A stretch of DNA of 63,240 nucleotides from Clostridia bacterium (GCA_017508105.1 JAFVZP010000038.1:1-63240); one strand, 5' to 3'. Shown: positions 36,697 to 46,371, numbered from the stretch's first letter. Translations and numbers: made by a program. Notes: generated from the sequence alone by a model not told the origin.

Positions 36697-37551
36697 TTAA
36701 AAGAATTCTTGGTAGTCGCTTGCCTTTTCCAAGGTTACCTTGCCCAGTCTGCCCTTTCTGAAATCGTCTATTACGGCTTTTTGCCCGCGCTCGTAGTCGT
36801 ATTCTCCGCCACGCATTAAAAAGCCCATTCTTTGGCAGGCCCCCTCCAAAAGCTCCAAAGGCGTGCCCATTTCGGTTAAATGATAGCGCTCTTTCAAGTG
36901 CTCGGGATAGAGCTGCGCCAACTCCTCCAAAAGCGCAAGACAGATGTCGTCCATGTGTAAAATATCGTCGTTGATGCTGCCGATATACGCCAGATGCTTG
37001 GCTAAATTTTGGTCGTCAAACGAGGGGGGCATGGTGCCGGGGGTGTCCAATAAATCGAAATCCGAGCAACGAATCCAGCGCACGTCACGGGTGACGCCCG
37101 CTTTGTCCCCCGTTTTGGCGCGCTTTTCACCGCTGAGCAGATTAATGAGCGTGCTTTTGCCGGTATTAGGGATACCGATGACCATAAAACGGAAGGTTTT
37201 ATGAATTCCCTTTGCCTCGGCGCGTTCACGCTTTGCCTTGGTAATTCCCTGCATTTTGGCGACGAGCGCACGCTTGGAGCTGCCGTTGACGGCGTTGCAC
37301 TTTAAGCAAAAATGCCCCTTTTTTTCAATCATGCGTACGAAATTATCCGCTTCGCCGTCTGCCAAGTCGCCCTTATTTAGGACGAATAAAATGGGTTTGG
37401 CGCCGAAAATTTTTAATAAGTTATGATTGACCGTTGCCGCCGGCGCACGAGCGTCCAAGACGCAGACGATGCCGTCGCACAAGTCCTTTTTTTCCTGCAT
37501 TTCCCGCATGGCCTTGGTCATGTGCCCCGGGAACCATTGAATTCTATCCAT
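36697..37551 (-). CDS. rbgA: ribosome biogenesis GTPase A (YlqF)
   Basis: 284 aa, a circularly permuted GTPase: WFPGHM..., NKGDL (G4) precedes GIPNTGKST (G1) and DTPG (G3). Confidence 0.9.
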   Translation of the reverse strand: MDRIQWFPGHMTKAMREMQEKKDLCDGIVCVLDARAPAATVNHNLLKIFGAKPILFVLNKGDLADGEADNFVRMIEKKGHFCLKCNAVNGSSKRALVAKMQGITKAKRERAEAKGIHKTFRFMVIGIPNTGKSTLINLLSGEKRAKTGDKAGVTRDVRWIRCSDFDLLDTPGTMPPSFDDQNLAKHLAYIGSINDDILHMDDICLALLEELAQLYPEHLKERYHLTEMGTPLELLEGACQRMGFLMRGGEYDYERGQKAVIDDFRKGRLGKVTLEKASDYQEFF

Positions 37552-37553
37552 AT

Positions 37554-38243
37554 TTACTCCTCTTTTCCCTCGCTTTTTATGCCCAATAAATCGGGGCGCT
37601 TTGCCTTGGTTACGGCAAGAGCTTGTTCACGCCGCCATGCGTCGATACGGGCATGGTTGCCACTTCGAAGCACTTCGGGCACGCTCAATCCGCGATATTC
37701 CATAGGACGGGTATATTGGGGATATTCCAGAAGATTGTCCGAAAAGCTTTCGTCTACCAGGGAAGACGTATTGATAACGCCGTCGACGTAGCGAGCGACG
37801 CAATCGACCACGACCATAGCGGGTAGCTCCCCGCCCGTAAGCACGTAGTCGCCGATGGAAATTTCCTCGTCGATAAACAAGTCGAGCGCACGTTGGTCCA
37901 CGCCCTCGTAGTGACCGCAGAGTAAAATGACGTGGTCGTAGTCCAAAAGGCGAAAAACTTCCTGCTGACAGAAGGTTTTGCCCTTGGGCGACATATAAAT
38001 TCTGCGGGCGGTATGCGCAGGGTCGAGCGCCTCGATGCACGAGCCGATGGGCTGTGCCATCATGACCATGCCCGCGCCGCCGCCGAAGGGATAGTCGTCA
38101 CACTTTAAGTGCTTATCCTCGGTGTAGTCGCGCAAGTTGACCACGTTGATTTGCAATTTATTCTGTTTTTGCGCCCTGCCCAAAATGCTCTCCTGCAAGG
38201 GGGTGAACATCTCGGGAAAGAGTGTAATAATATCTATTTTCAT
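37554..38243 (-). CDS. trmD: tRNA (guanine37-N1)-methyltransferase
   Basis: 229 aa. MKIDIITLFPEMF..., DDYPFGGGAGMVM, and GHYEGVDQR motifs. Confidence 0.95.
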   Translation of the reverse strand: MKIDIITLFPEMFTPLQESILGRAQKQNKLQINVVNLRDYTEDKHLKCDDYPFGGGAGMVMMAQPIGSCIEALDPAHTARRIYMSPKGKTFCQQEVFRLLDYDHVILLCGHYEGVDQRALDLFIDEEISIGDYVLTGGELPAMVVVDCVARYVDGVINTSSLVDESFSDNLLEYPQYTRPMEYRGLSVPEVLRSGNHARIDAWRREQALAVTKAKRPDLLGIKSEGKEE

Positions 38244-38322
38244 GCCATTCAGTTTACTTTATTGTTCAAGTTGTAATCAATGCGCGCACGGTATGCCGCG
38301 CGGCATGCGATGGTTATATCTT

Positions 38323-38823
38323 TTACAGTACGGCGACCTGCATAAACCGCTCTTCATCGACGGTAATGGTTTTATTCTGCACGTCGACCTGTACGACCAA
38401 ATCCTTGACCGTGGGGAATAAAATTTCCTTATCGCCCTGTTTGACGGTATAGACGTCGGTGGCGGCGGGAACGATTTTGACGAGCTCGCCCAGCGTTTTT
38501 CCCGTATTGGTTACCACTTGACAGCCCAAGAGGTCGACGATATAATACGTGCCCTCGTCGAGCGCGGGCGCATCCGTACGGTCGGCAAGGACTTCTTTGC
38601 CGCGCAAGAGCTCGGCAGCGTTTCTGTCGGCAATGCCGTAAAGCCCCAAATACACCGCCTCGCCGTCCGAGCGGAAGGACATAATTTTGCGTGCCTCGCC
38701 GTCGATAAATACCCTACCGAATTTTTTAACGTCCTCGGGAGAATCGGTGAAATATTTAACCTTTACCTCGCCTCGAATGCCCTGCGGTTTTAAAATTGTG
38801 CCGATAATCAGTTTTTCCTGCAT
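38323..38823 (-). CDS. rimM: 16S rRNA processing protein RimM
   Basis: 166 aa with GKILKPQGIRGEVKV-type N-terminus (IGTILKPQGIRGEVKV) and a PRC-barrel C-terminal half. It occupies the conserved position upstream of trmD. Confidence 0.9.
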   Translation of the reverse strand: MQEKLIIGTILKPQGIRGEVKVKYFTDSPEDVKKFGRVFIDGEARKIMSFRSDGEAVYLGLYGIADRNAAELLRGKEVLADRTDAPALDEGTYYIVDLLGCQVVTNTGKTLGELVKIVPAATDVYTVKQGDKEILFPTVKDLVVQVDVQNKTITVDEERFMQVAVL

Positions 38824-38999
38824 AGATATAGCACCTTTTGGATTGATTTTCTTTATTATACCATATTCAATCTAAAAATACAATTATTTTTTTAAAGATA
38901 AAAGCCCAACTTTATCAAGACCAAACACTTGCTTTTTGTGGTGGAATATATTACAATATCAACGAAAAATAAATCTCTTGAAAGGACATCTTGCAAATT

Positions 39000-40412
39000 A
39001 TGAGAAAAACAAAAATTATATGCACCGTCGGCCCTGCCTGCGAAGACGAAGAAACCTTAACAAAGCTCTGTTTGGCAGGTATGAACGTTGCCCGCTTGAA
39101 CTTCTCTCATGGGGACCATGCCCAGCATTTAGACAAAATTAATACCATTAAACGGGTGCGGGAAAAATTGAATTTACCCATCGCCATTATGCTGGACACC
39201 AAGGGACCCGAATATAGAATACAGACCTTTCAAAACGGCTCGATTACCCTAAAAGAGGGGGATACGTTTACCTTTACCACCGAGGACGTGGAAGGAGACC
39301 AAACCAAAGTTTCGGTGAGCTATAAGGGCTTGATGCAGGATTTACGCGTGGGTGATACCGTGCTTTTGAACAACGGCTTGATTCGCTTTACCGTAAATGA
39401 ATTGACCGACACCGAGGCGATATGTAAAGTAGAGACGGGCGGCGTGCTCTCCAACCGAAAGAGTATGAGCTTTCCCAATAAAGTATTGCGCCAAAAGTTT
39501 TTGAGCGAGCAGGATAAGGAAGACATCCGCTTTGGCATCGAAAACGACGTGGATTTTATTGCCTGTTCGTTCGTTTCATCCAAGCAGGATTTATTGGACG
39601 TACACGAATATTTAAAGAGCCTGGGCAGCGACGGAACCGAGCTGATTGCCAAGATAGAAAACCGCGCCGGCGTGGAGAACATCGAAGAAATTTGCACGCA
39701 GTGCAGCGGTATTATGGTTGCCCGTGGCGATTTGGGTGTGGAAATACCCTTTGAAGAGGTGCCCGGCGTTCAGAAAAAGCTCATTGAAACGTGCAGAATG
39801 CTCGGCAAGAGGGTAATTACCGCTACGGAAATGCTGGAAACCATGATGTATAATTCCCGCCCCACCAGAGCGGAAATTTCCGACGTGGCAAACGCCGTGT
39901 TCGACGGCTCGTCCGCTATCACGCTCTCGGGTGAAACGGCGGCGGGAAAATACCCCGAATTGACCGTAAAAACCATGGCGAAAATTGCCGAACAGGCGGA
40001 GAGCGACATCAATTACGTCAAGCGCTTTATCACCAATGAGTTTAAGATTAAAAACGAGGTGGACGCACTTTCACACGCTACCTGCGCCATGGCTATCAAT
40101 TTGCACGCAAAGGCCATTGTTACCTGTACCCATTCAGGCGTCACCGCGCGCATGGTATCACGCTTCCGCTGCCCCATCGACATCGTCGGTTTTACCACCA
40201 ATGAAAAAACCTGGAGAAAATTAGCGCTTTCGTGGGGGGTTATTCCCGTCATGACCGAGGAATTTTCTTCCACGGACGTACTCTTTTACGAGGCAAAGCG
40301 CACGGCAAAGGAAGTGTTGAAGTTGAAAAAGAAGGACTTTTTGGTTATTACGGGGGGTATTGCCGGTGGCAGCGAAGGCTCCACCGACTTAATCAAGGTA
40401 GAAAAGATTTAA
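39000..40412 (+). CDS. pyk: pyruvate kinase
   Basis: MRKTKIICTVGPA..., NVARLNFSHG, MVARGDLGVEIP and the remaining PK domains are present, about 470 aa in all. The ORF track begins at a TTG three codons upstream (38991). Confidence 0.95.
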   Translation: MRKTKIICTVGPACEDEETLTKLCLAGMNVARLNFSHGDHAQHLDKINTIKRVREKLNLPIAIMLDTKGPEYRIQTFQNGSITLKEGDTFTFTTEDVEGDQTKVSVSYKGLMQDLRVGDTVLLNNGLIRFTVNELTDTEAICKVETGGVLSNRKSMSFPNKVLRQKFLSEQDKEDIRFGIENDVDFIACSFVSSKQDLLDVHEYLKSLGSDGTELIAKIENRAGVENIEEICTQCSGIMVARGDLGVEIPFEEVPGVQKKLIETCRMLGKRVITATEMLETMMYNSRPTRAEISDVANAVFDGSSAITLSGETAAGKYPELTVKTMAKIAEQAESDINYVKRFITNEFKIKNEVDALSHATCAMAINLHAKAIVTCTHSGVTARMVSRFRCPIDIVGFTTNEKTWRKLALSWGVIPVMTEEFSSTDVLFYEAKRTAKEVLKLKKKDFLVITGGIAGGSEGSTDLIKVEKI

Positions 40413-40450
40413 TGAAAAAAGCAAGTGGGCACGCCCGAATATAACGATAA

Positions 40451-40489
40451 AAAGAACCGACTTTTGCATCTCGCGAAAGTCGGTTCTTT
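40451..40489. terminator. bidirectional rho-independent terminator
   Basis: Perfect 14-bp stem aaagaaccgacttt / aaagtcggttcttt with an 11-nt loop. It lies between convergent pyk and the KH-domain gene. Confidence 0.65.
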
Positions 40490-40503
40490 AATTTTAATTT
40501 CGC

Positions 40504-40773
40504 TTAGTTTTCGTCTGCATCGGTATCGACGGTGTTGCCGCCCTTTTCCTCGATTTCAATGACGTACTTCTTGCTGTTTTTGGGCGTAGCCGCGCGAACG
40601 AGCGTGCGAAGCGCTTTGGCAATTTTGCCCTGTTTGCCGATGACCTTGCCCATATCGGATGCTGCCAAAATAACCCTGACGACGATGGAATTTTCCTTCT
40701 CTTCGGTGATAATTTCAACCTCGTCCTTGTTCTCGGCGAACTGGTCAACGACGTATTGAATGAGCTCCTGCAT
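40504..40773 (-). CDS. KH domain RNA-binding protein (YlqC/UPF0109)
   Basis: 89 aa with the GKVIGKQGKIAKALRTL KH motif. It occupies the conserved position downstream of rpsP. Confidence 0.85.
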   Translation of the reverse strand: MQELIQYVVDQFAENKDEVEIITEEKENSIVVRVILAASDMGKVIGKQGKIAKALRTLVRAATPKNSKKYVIEIEEKGGNTVDTDADEN

Positions 40774-40800
40774 TATTACAGCCTCCCTTGCGGATAAAAA

Positions 40801-41100
40801 TTACTCTTTATCGTTCTTCTTGCCCTTGGTCTTGGAAGGGCTGAGCTTGGTGGGCTTTTCTACAACGCCTGCTTTAACGAGCAAGTTTTTAACCGTGTCG
40901 GTGGGTTGAACGCCCTTGGAGAGCCAATCCTTTGCCTTATCTGCATCAAAGCTGATGAATACGGGGTTTGCGGTGGGGTGGTAGTTACCAACGCATTCGA
41001 TATATTCACCTGTTGCTGCCTTTCTGCTGTCTACTACGACTACACGATATTGGGGATTCTTCTTGTCGCCCATTCTCATCAGTCTCATCTTTACTGCCAT
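40801..41100 (-). CDS. rpsP: 30S ribosomal protein S16
   Basis: MAVKMRLMRMGDKKNPQYRVVVVDSR is the canonical S16 N-terminus. Confidence 0.95.
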   Translation of the reverse strand: MAVKMRLMRMGDKKNPQYRVVVVDSRKAATGEYIECVGNYHPTANPVFISFDADKAKDWLSKGVQPTDTVKNLLVKAGVVEKPTKLSPSKTKGKKNDKE

Positions 41101-41164
41101 AATTTGTTTACCTCCAAATATATTATAATTTTTTATTTTGTATCTGTTTTATCTGCCGTTTTGC

Positions 41165-42481
41165 TTAAAAAGGCATTTTGAACTTGCCCTTGCCGTTCTT
41201 CATGTGTTTCATGAGCAGTTTGGCTTGGTCGAACTGACGGAGCAGTTGATTGATTTCCTGTATCTGCGTGCCGCTGCCCTGCGCAATTCTGCGCTTTCTC
41301 GACGAGTTGATGATGGACGGATTTTCACGCTCCGCCACGGTCATGGACAGAATAATCGCGCGGGTGCGCTCTATCTTCTTTTCGTCGATGTCCTCTTCGC
41401 GCACCTTCAGCTTGGCGCCGGGAAGCATACCCATGAGCGCGCTGACGCCGCCCATCTTCTTCATCATTTCAAACTGTTCGAGATAGTCCGAAAGCGTGAA
41501 GGTGTTTTCGCGCATTTTCTTCTCCTTTTTCTTGGCGTCTGCCTCGGTGATGGCTTGCTGCGCCTTTTCAATGAGCGAAAGCACGTCACCCATGCCCAAG
41601 ATTCTCGATGCCATTCTATCGGGATAGAAGGGCTCTAAATCGGTGAGCTTTTCGCCCACGCCGATGAATTTGATGGGCTTGCCCGTTACCGCCTTGATGG
41701 AAAGACAGGCACCGCCACGGGTGTCGCCGTCCAATTTGGTTAAGATGACGCCGGTTACTTCCAGACGTTCGTTGAAGGTCTTGGCGACGTTGACCGCTTC
41801 CTGACCGGTCATGGCGTCTACCACGAGTAAGGTTTCGCTTACCTCGACGTTCTTTTTGATGTTTTCCAGCTCCTGCATGAGCGTTTCGTCAATTTGCAGA
41901 CGGCCTGCGGTGTCCAGCACCACGGTGTCGTAGCCCATACGCTTGGCGTGTTCGATTGCCTCTTTCGCCGTTTTAACGGGGCTTTGGGTGCCTCTTTCAA
42001 AGACTTCCGTGCCTGCCTGACCGCCCACCACTTGCAACTGATGGATTGCCGCCGGGCGGTAAATATCGCCCGCCACCAAGAGGGGTTTTTTGCCCTGTTT
42101 TTTGAGCTGCACGGCAAGCTTTCCGCAAAGCGTGGTTTTACCCGCGCCCTGTAAACCGCACATTAAAATGACCGTGGGGGGCTTGGGCGAAACTTCCAGC
42201 TTGGCGTTTGCCGAGCCCATGAGGGCAATAAGCTCTTCATTGACGATTTTTATAACCTGCTGCGAAGGGTTTAAGGACTGTAAAATTTCCTGACCCAACG
42301 CCTTTTCGGATACCTTTGCGATAAAGTCCTTGGCGACCTTGATGTTGACGTCTGCTTCCAACAGCGCAATGCGCACTTCACGCATGGCCGTTTTAATTTC
42401 CAGCTCGGTCAACTTGCCACGCTTGGTCAGTTTTGAAAATATATGATTTAATCTCTCTGCGAGTGAACCGAATAAAGCCAT
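41165..42481 (-). CDS. ffh: signal recognition particle protein
   Basis: 438 aa with an NG domain (GLQGAGKTT, DTAGR, TKLDGD) and a Met-rich M domain (MMKKMGGVSALMGMLPG). Confidence 0.95.
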   Translation of the reverse strand: MALFGSLAERLNHIFSKLTKRGKLTELEIKTAMREVRIALLEADVNIKVAKDFIAKVSEKALGQEILQSLNPSQQVIKIVNEELIALMGSANAKLEVSPKPPTVILMCGLQGAGKTTLCGKLAVQLKKQGKKPLLVAGDIYRPAAIHQLQVVGGQAGTEVFERGTQSPVKTAKEAIEHAKRMGYDTVVLDTAGRLQIDETLMQELENIKKNVEVSETLLVVDAMTGQEAVNVAKTFNERLEVTGVILTKLDGDTRGGACLSIKAVTGKPIKFIGVGEKLTDLEPFYPDRMASRILGMGDVLSLIEKAQQAITEADAKKKEKKMRENTFTLSDYLEQFEMMKKMGGVSALMGMLPGAKLKVREEDIDEKKIERTRAIILSMTVAERENPSIINSSRKRRIAQGSGTQIQEINQLLRQFDQAKLLMKHMKNGKGKFKMPF

Positions 42482-42490
42482 TAAACTCCC

Positions 42491-42913
42491 CTATTCTTCT
42501 ATTTTGATAATTTCCTCTGTATCGCTACCCGTTATGGCTTGCAATACGCGTAGCTCTTCCGACCATTCGGGATGTTTTTTTAACTGTTCTTCCGCCCAAC
42601 GGTTGACCTTGGTCATGTATGCGGAGTAATCCAGACAGACCTCGTCCAAGGCTTGGGTAAACTTTAACTTTTCTTCCAACCCTTCCAGCTGCTTTTTGCA
42701 TTTTTTTAAACAGTCGGAAACGCTTTGGCGGGATACCCCTTTTTGCTCGGCAATTTCACCCAACGATAAGTCGTAATTAAAATAAAGATTGGTAATTTCT
42801 CTTTGATTGTCCGTCAGAATACCGTTGTATAAGTCCCAAAGACGAAGAAAGGCGATATCCTTTTCTTCCATGGGGTGGGCTTTAACGTTGCCCTTGATGA
42901 TACCGCTGTGCAT
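42491..42913 (-). CDS. ylxM: YlxM family putative DNA-binding protein (UPF0122, sigma-70 region-4-like HTH)
   Basis: LYFNYDLSLGEIAEQKGVSRQSVSDCLKK HTH, in the conserved position upstream of ffh. The start is placed at the ATG preceded by AAGGGGA. The longest ORF reaches 42967. Confidence 0.8.
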   Translation of the reverse strand: MHSGIIKGNVKAHPMEEKDIAFLRLWDLYNGILTDNQREITNLYFNYDLSLGEIAEQKGVSRQSVSDCLKKCKKQLEGLEEKLKFTQALDEVCLDYSAYMTKVNRWAEEQLKKHPEWSEELRVLQAITGSDTEEIIKIEE

Positions 42914-42995
42914 ATACTTTTCCCCTTTGTCGCAATATACTATACAACAAAAAAGCAAGCCTGTCAAGCATTTTTACTTGACAGGCGATATTTTT

Positions 42996-43214
42996 TTATT
43001 TTTCACCGATATAAGTGAATCTCGGCTGCAGTTTTCCCTCATGCAAGACCTCTTCATTCCACATATACGCAGGGCGCACCCACACCCCGCCCTCGCCGTA
43101 CAGCGCACGGTATACGACCATCTCTTCGGTGGTTTCCGAATGCTTGGCAAGGCAGAGAACCTGGTATTCGTTGCCTTTAAAATGGCGGTAGCGACCTGTT
43201 TTTATGCTATTCAT
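42996..43214 (-). CDS. DUF1653 domain-containing protein
   Basis: GRYRHFKGNEYQVLCLAKHSETTEEMVVYRALYG is the hallmark DUF1653 sequence. The start is at MNSIK (GGGAG upstream). The upstream ATG at 43238 sits only about 10 nt from the predicted -10. Confidence 0.8.
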   Translation of the reverse strand: MNSIKTGRYRHFKGNEYQVLCLAKHSETTEEMVVYRALYGEGGVWVRPAYMWNEEVLHEGKLQPRFTYIGEK

Positions 43215-43247
43215 TTTTCTCATCTCCCGATTTATCATGATACCGTC

Positions 43248-43276
43248 ATTATAACATAAGCCTCTACGCTTGTAAA
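43248..43276 (-). promoter_or_regulatory. sigma-A promoter (TTTACA-N17-TATAAT, with TG extension)
   Basis: Minus strand: tttaca (43276-43271), 17 nt, tgtTATAAT (43256-43248). Confidence 0.5.
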
Positions 43277-43287
43277 GCCCCTTTTAT

Positions 43288-43319
43288 GAAAAAAACGCCT
43301 GCGAGATGCAAGCGTTTTT
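43288..43319 (-). terminator. rho-independent terminator downstream of the GH3 gene
   Basis: Minus-strand hairpin acgcttgc-atctc-gcaggcgt with one mismatch, followed by ttttttt. Confidence 0.55.
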
Positions 43320-43335
43320 GATTCTTAAAATTGGA

Positions 43336-46300
43336 TTATGCGGATGGATTGCGTTTTTTCTTGTCGTAGACGATATAAATGATACCGCCGAGGACGAACA
43401 GGCCTGCCGCAACGTCGATGAGAATGATGGCAATTTGCCACCAAGCCAAGCCGTATTTGACGATGGAGCCGGGTGCTACGCCCTGCATTCTGTTGGAATT
43501 AACGACCGTATAACACATATCTTTATACGCCTGACGGATTGCCTGACGGGTGGTAGCGTTGGACGTATCGGCATAATTGGGCTTATTGTTGGACCAGGTC
43601 AACTGTAAATTGGTGCCCGCACGAATGCCCTGGTCACTGTCCATATAGTCGTATAAGTTAAAATCCGAAAGCACCAGACCTCTAAAGCCCCATTCGTCAC
43701 GCAAAACCTCTTTCATGAGCGCCACGCTGCCGCCCGCCCAAGTACCGCCGACGCGGTTGAACGCAGACATAATTGCCGTGCATGCGGGCATGGTACGGGT
43801 GGAAATGGTACCTTCCGTATCCGAGATATACTTCATTTGGGTGGTGGCGTTTTCAATGACGTATTGGAATGGCTTTAAATAAATTTCACGAATGGTCTGT
43901 TCATCTGCCCAGGTGCAGAGGTTGGTGGTACGCATAACCTCGCTGTCGTTGAGGGCGTAATGCTTCAAATAGGCGTAACACCCCTTGTCAGCCGCACCCT
44001 CTACCACTGCGCAGGCGATTTTACCGCTCATGACGGGGTCTTCGGAATAGTATTCGAAGTTTCTGCCCGCAAACGGACTTCTGTGAATGTTCATTGCAGG
44101 GCCGTACCAGCCGTTGGTGTCGTTTTCTTTGACAAGCGCCTCTTCGCCGATGGCTTTGCCCATTTCATAGGCTAAATCTTTATTGAACGTAGAGGCAATG
44201 ATGACCTCCGAACAGTACGCGCAGCAGCCCGTAGAGCCCCACAGCGAGGAGAAGCCCTGGGGCCCGTCCAAGTCCTCGGTGGCGGGCTTGCCGAGCGATT
44301 CGACTGCGCCGGTGTTATACGCAGCGTTGATGAGCACGGCGTTGGCGTTGGTATAGTCGCTTTCCGTGAGCTGGTCGAGAAAATCGTTCCAAAGTCTGTC
44401 GTTATAGCTCAGCCCTCGCAGGTTGGACAAAACGATGCCGTTTTGCGCGCCAACCTTGGGCATGGTGGCGTTCTCTTGCAATAATTGCTTGGAAGCGTCG
44501 AAGGGCTTTAAGAATTCGGCAACCGTCTTGGTCACTTCTTTGCCGTTCTCGGTGTAGGTGAGCGAGATATTCTTGGCCTTTTGATCGGCCTCGGTGGGCG
44601 CGGTGGGATAGGTGCCGGCAAAATCCGAACGCTTCATCAAGGTGGCATAACCGCTGGTCTTGGTGTCCTTGAACATCGCCGAAACGTCGTTGAAGCGGTT
44701 GCGCGCCGCCTGCTTTTCAAGGAGCATATCCCCGTCCTCTACGGTTTGGTTTTCCGTAAACAAGAGGTCGGCCGTATAGTTGACGGTATGCGTTTTATCC
44801 TCGCCTACGCTGACCTCGTGGGAGTTTTCACGCAGCGTGAAGGTATATTCGCCCTTTTCAAAGACGTAACCGCCGCCCTGTACCTTTACGCCCTTGTAAT
44901 CGTAGGACGCCATATCCTTTTTGGATACGGTGAGCGTGAGGGTATCCGTTTCGTTGGGCTGCAAGAGCTTGGTCTTGGCAAAATCGCCCAAGACGACGGC
45001 GGATTTTTCAATGCCGCCCTCGGTGTAGGGTGCAGAGTAATAGAGCTGTACTACTTCCTTACCTGCGACGTTGCCCGTATTTTTAACGGTAACCGTGGCG
45101 GTAACCGAATCGGCGTTGTCCGTCCACGTGGCAGTCTTTTCAAAGGTGGTGTAGCTTAAACCGTAACCGAAGGGGTATACCACGGCTTGGTCGTAATTGA
45201 TAAATCCCTCTTGCGCCGCCGTTTCATAGTAGCGGTAGCCGATATAAATGCCTTCCTCGTACTGCGTGGTGTAGGCTTGGGCAAGGTTTGCGTTGCCGTT
45301 TGACACGTCGCCTGCACCGATATCGGTATACTGCACGGCTTCACCCGAATTGAGGAAGGTAGGGGCTGCCGTAAAGTCGGCGGGGTAGATGTCCACGGTG
45401 CGCCCCGAGGGGTTGACCTTTCCGGCTAAAATATCGCCGAGAGAATTGAAGCCCGTGGAACCGGGGCCGCCCACCCAAACGACGGCGTCCACGCCGTTGT
45501 CATTTTCCAGCTCTCCAAGCTCCATGGCGTTGGAGGAGTTGATGACTACCACGGTCTTGGCGTAGTTTGCCTTACAGAAAGCCAGCCAATTTTTTTCGTA
45601 CTGCGAAAGCTCCAGTTGGTGCTGACCGTCCCAATAGGTGTCGTATTCCGCCTTACCCGTACCGCTTGCCACCGCTTGGGCAAACGTGGTGCTTTGAGCG
45701 GCGTCACGCTTTAAGTTGTTGGACAAATCCCAGCCCTCGCCGCCGGCGCGGGCGATGACGTAGACGGCTACGTTGCCCGAAGTAACGGTGAAGGGCTTTT
45801 GCGCGCCCGTGGTGTCGGTATACGCTACCTCGCCAATGAGCCACTGCGAGCCGTTATAGTCGTCCATTTTGATGGAACAACGGGTATAATTGCCCTTTTG
45901 CGCATTGAAATAGTCGTACGAAGCGTCGTCCATGGTGAAGCCTGCCTGACGGATGCCGCTGTACGGGGAAGCCGCCTTGCTGGCATCGACGTTACCCGAG
46001 CCCGAACCGCCGTACAACGGCTCGGCGGCGCCTCTGCCGATTAAGCTGACGGTGGTGGAAGATGCGTTGAGCGGCAAGGCGTTGTTTCTGTTTTTCAAGA
46101 GAACAAAGCCCTCGTCGCAGAGTTTTTTGGTGACCGCTTCGCCGTTTGCCACGGCGGCGGCTTTATCGTTGGCATACGACGGGGAATAATAATCGGTATC
46201 CCAGTTTTCACTGCCCTCTATCGTGACGATGGAGGGCTTGCCCTTGCCGAGATAGGTATTTGCCATGGTTTTCAACAGCGTGCCTGCCACGGACAGAGCA

Positions 46301-46371
46301 ATTGCCAATACCGCCGCAATCGACATTAAGACGATTAAAAGGGTATAGGACTTCTTTTTTGCTTGTGCCAT
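43336..46371 (-). CDS. glycoside hydrolase family 3 protein (beta-glucosidase/xylosidase-like), domain-permuted, membrane anchored
   Basis: 1011 aa. GH3 C-terminal-type sandwich-domain motifs (LLKNRNNALPL...VSLIGRGA) come first. YPFGYGLSYTTFE and an Fn3-like segment (VTVKNTGNVAGKEVVQLY) follow. The barrel-domain motifs come last (NIHRSPFAGRNFEYYSEDP, KHYALNDSE, nucleophile region LVLSDFNLY). Hydrophobic helices sit at both termini. Confidence 0.85.
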   Translation of the reverse strand: MAQAKKKSYTLLIVLMSIAAVLAIALSVAGTLLKTMANTYLGKGKPSIVTIEGSENWDTDYYSPSYANDKAAAVANGEAVTKKLCDEGFVLLKNRNNALPLNASSTTVSLIGRGAAEPLYGGSGSGNVDASKAASPYSGIRQAGFTMDDASYDYFNAQKGNYTRCSIKMDDYNGSQWLIGEVAYTDTTGAQKPFTVTSGNVAVYVIARAGGEGWDLSNNLKRDAAQSTTFAQAVASGTGKAEYDTYWDGQHQLELSQYEKNWLAFCKANYAKTVVVINSSNAMELGELENDNGVDAVVWVGGPGSTGFNSLGDILAGKVNPSGRTVDIYPADFTAAPTFLNSGEAVQYTDIGAGDVSNGNANLAQAYTTQYEEGIYIGYRYYETAAQEGFINYDQAVVYPFGYGLSYTTFEKTATWTDNADSVTATVTVKNTGNVAGKEVVQLYYSAPYTEGGIEKSAVVLGDFAKTKLLQPNETDTLTLTVSKKDMASYDYKGVKVQGGGYVFEKGEYTFTLRENSHEVSVGEDKTHTVNYTADLLFTENQTVEDGDMLLEKQAARNRFNDVSAMFKDTKTSGYATLMKRSDFAGTYPTAPTEADQKAKNISLTYTENGKEVTKTVAEFLKPFDASKQLLQENATMPKVGAQNGIVLSNLRGLSYNDRLWNDFLDQLTESDYTNANAVLINAAYNTGAVESLGKPATEDLDGPQGFSSLWGSTGCCAYCSEVIIASTFNKDLAYEMGKAIGEEALVKENDTNGWYGPAMNIHRSPFAGRNFEYYSEDPVMSGKIACAVVEGAADKGCYAYLKHYALNDSEVMRTTNLCTWADEQTIREIYLKPFQYVIENATTQMKYISDTEGTISTRTMPACTAIMSAFNRVGGTWAGGSVALMKEVLRDEWGFRGLVLSDFNLYDYMDSDQGIRAGTNLQLTWSNNKPNYADTSNATTRQAIRQAYKDMCYTVVNSNRMQGVAPGSIVKYGLAWWQIAIILIDVAAGLFVLGGIIYIVYDKKKRNPSA

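Noticed and set aside
38991-40412. pyk as a horizontally inserted gene, because it interrupts the rpsP-ylqC-rimM-trmD operon in the opposite orientation.
   Set aside because: Its composition looks host-like, it has a normal promoter region and a terminator shared with ylqC, and it is a core metabolic gene. A local rearrangement is sufficient to explain it.
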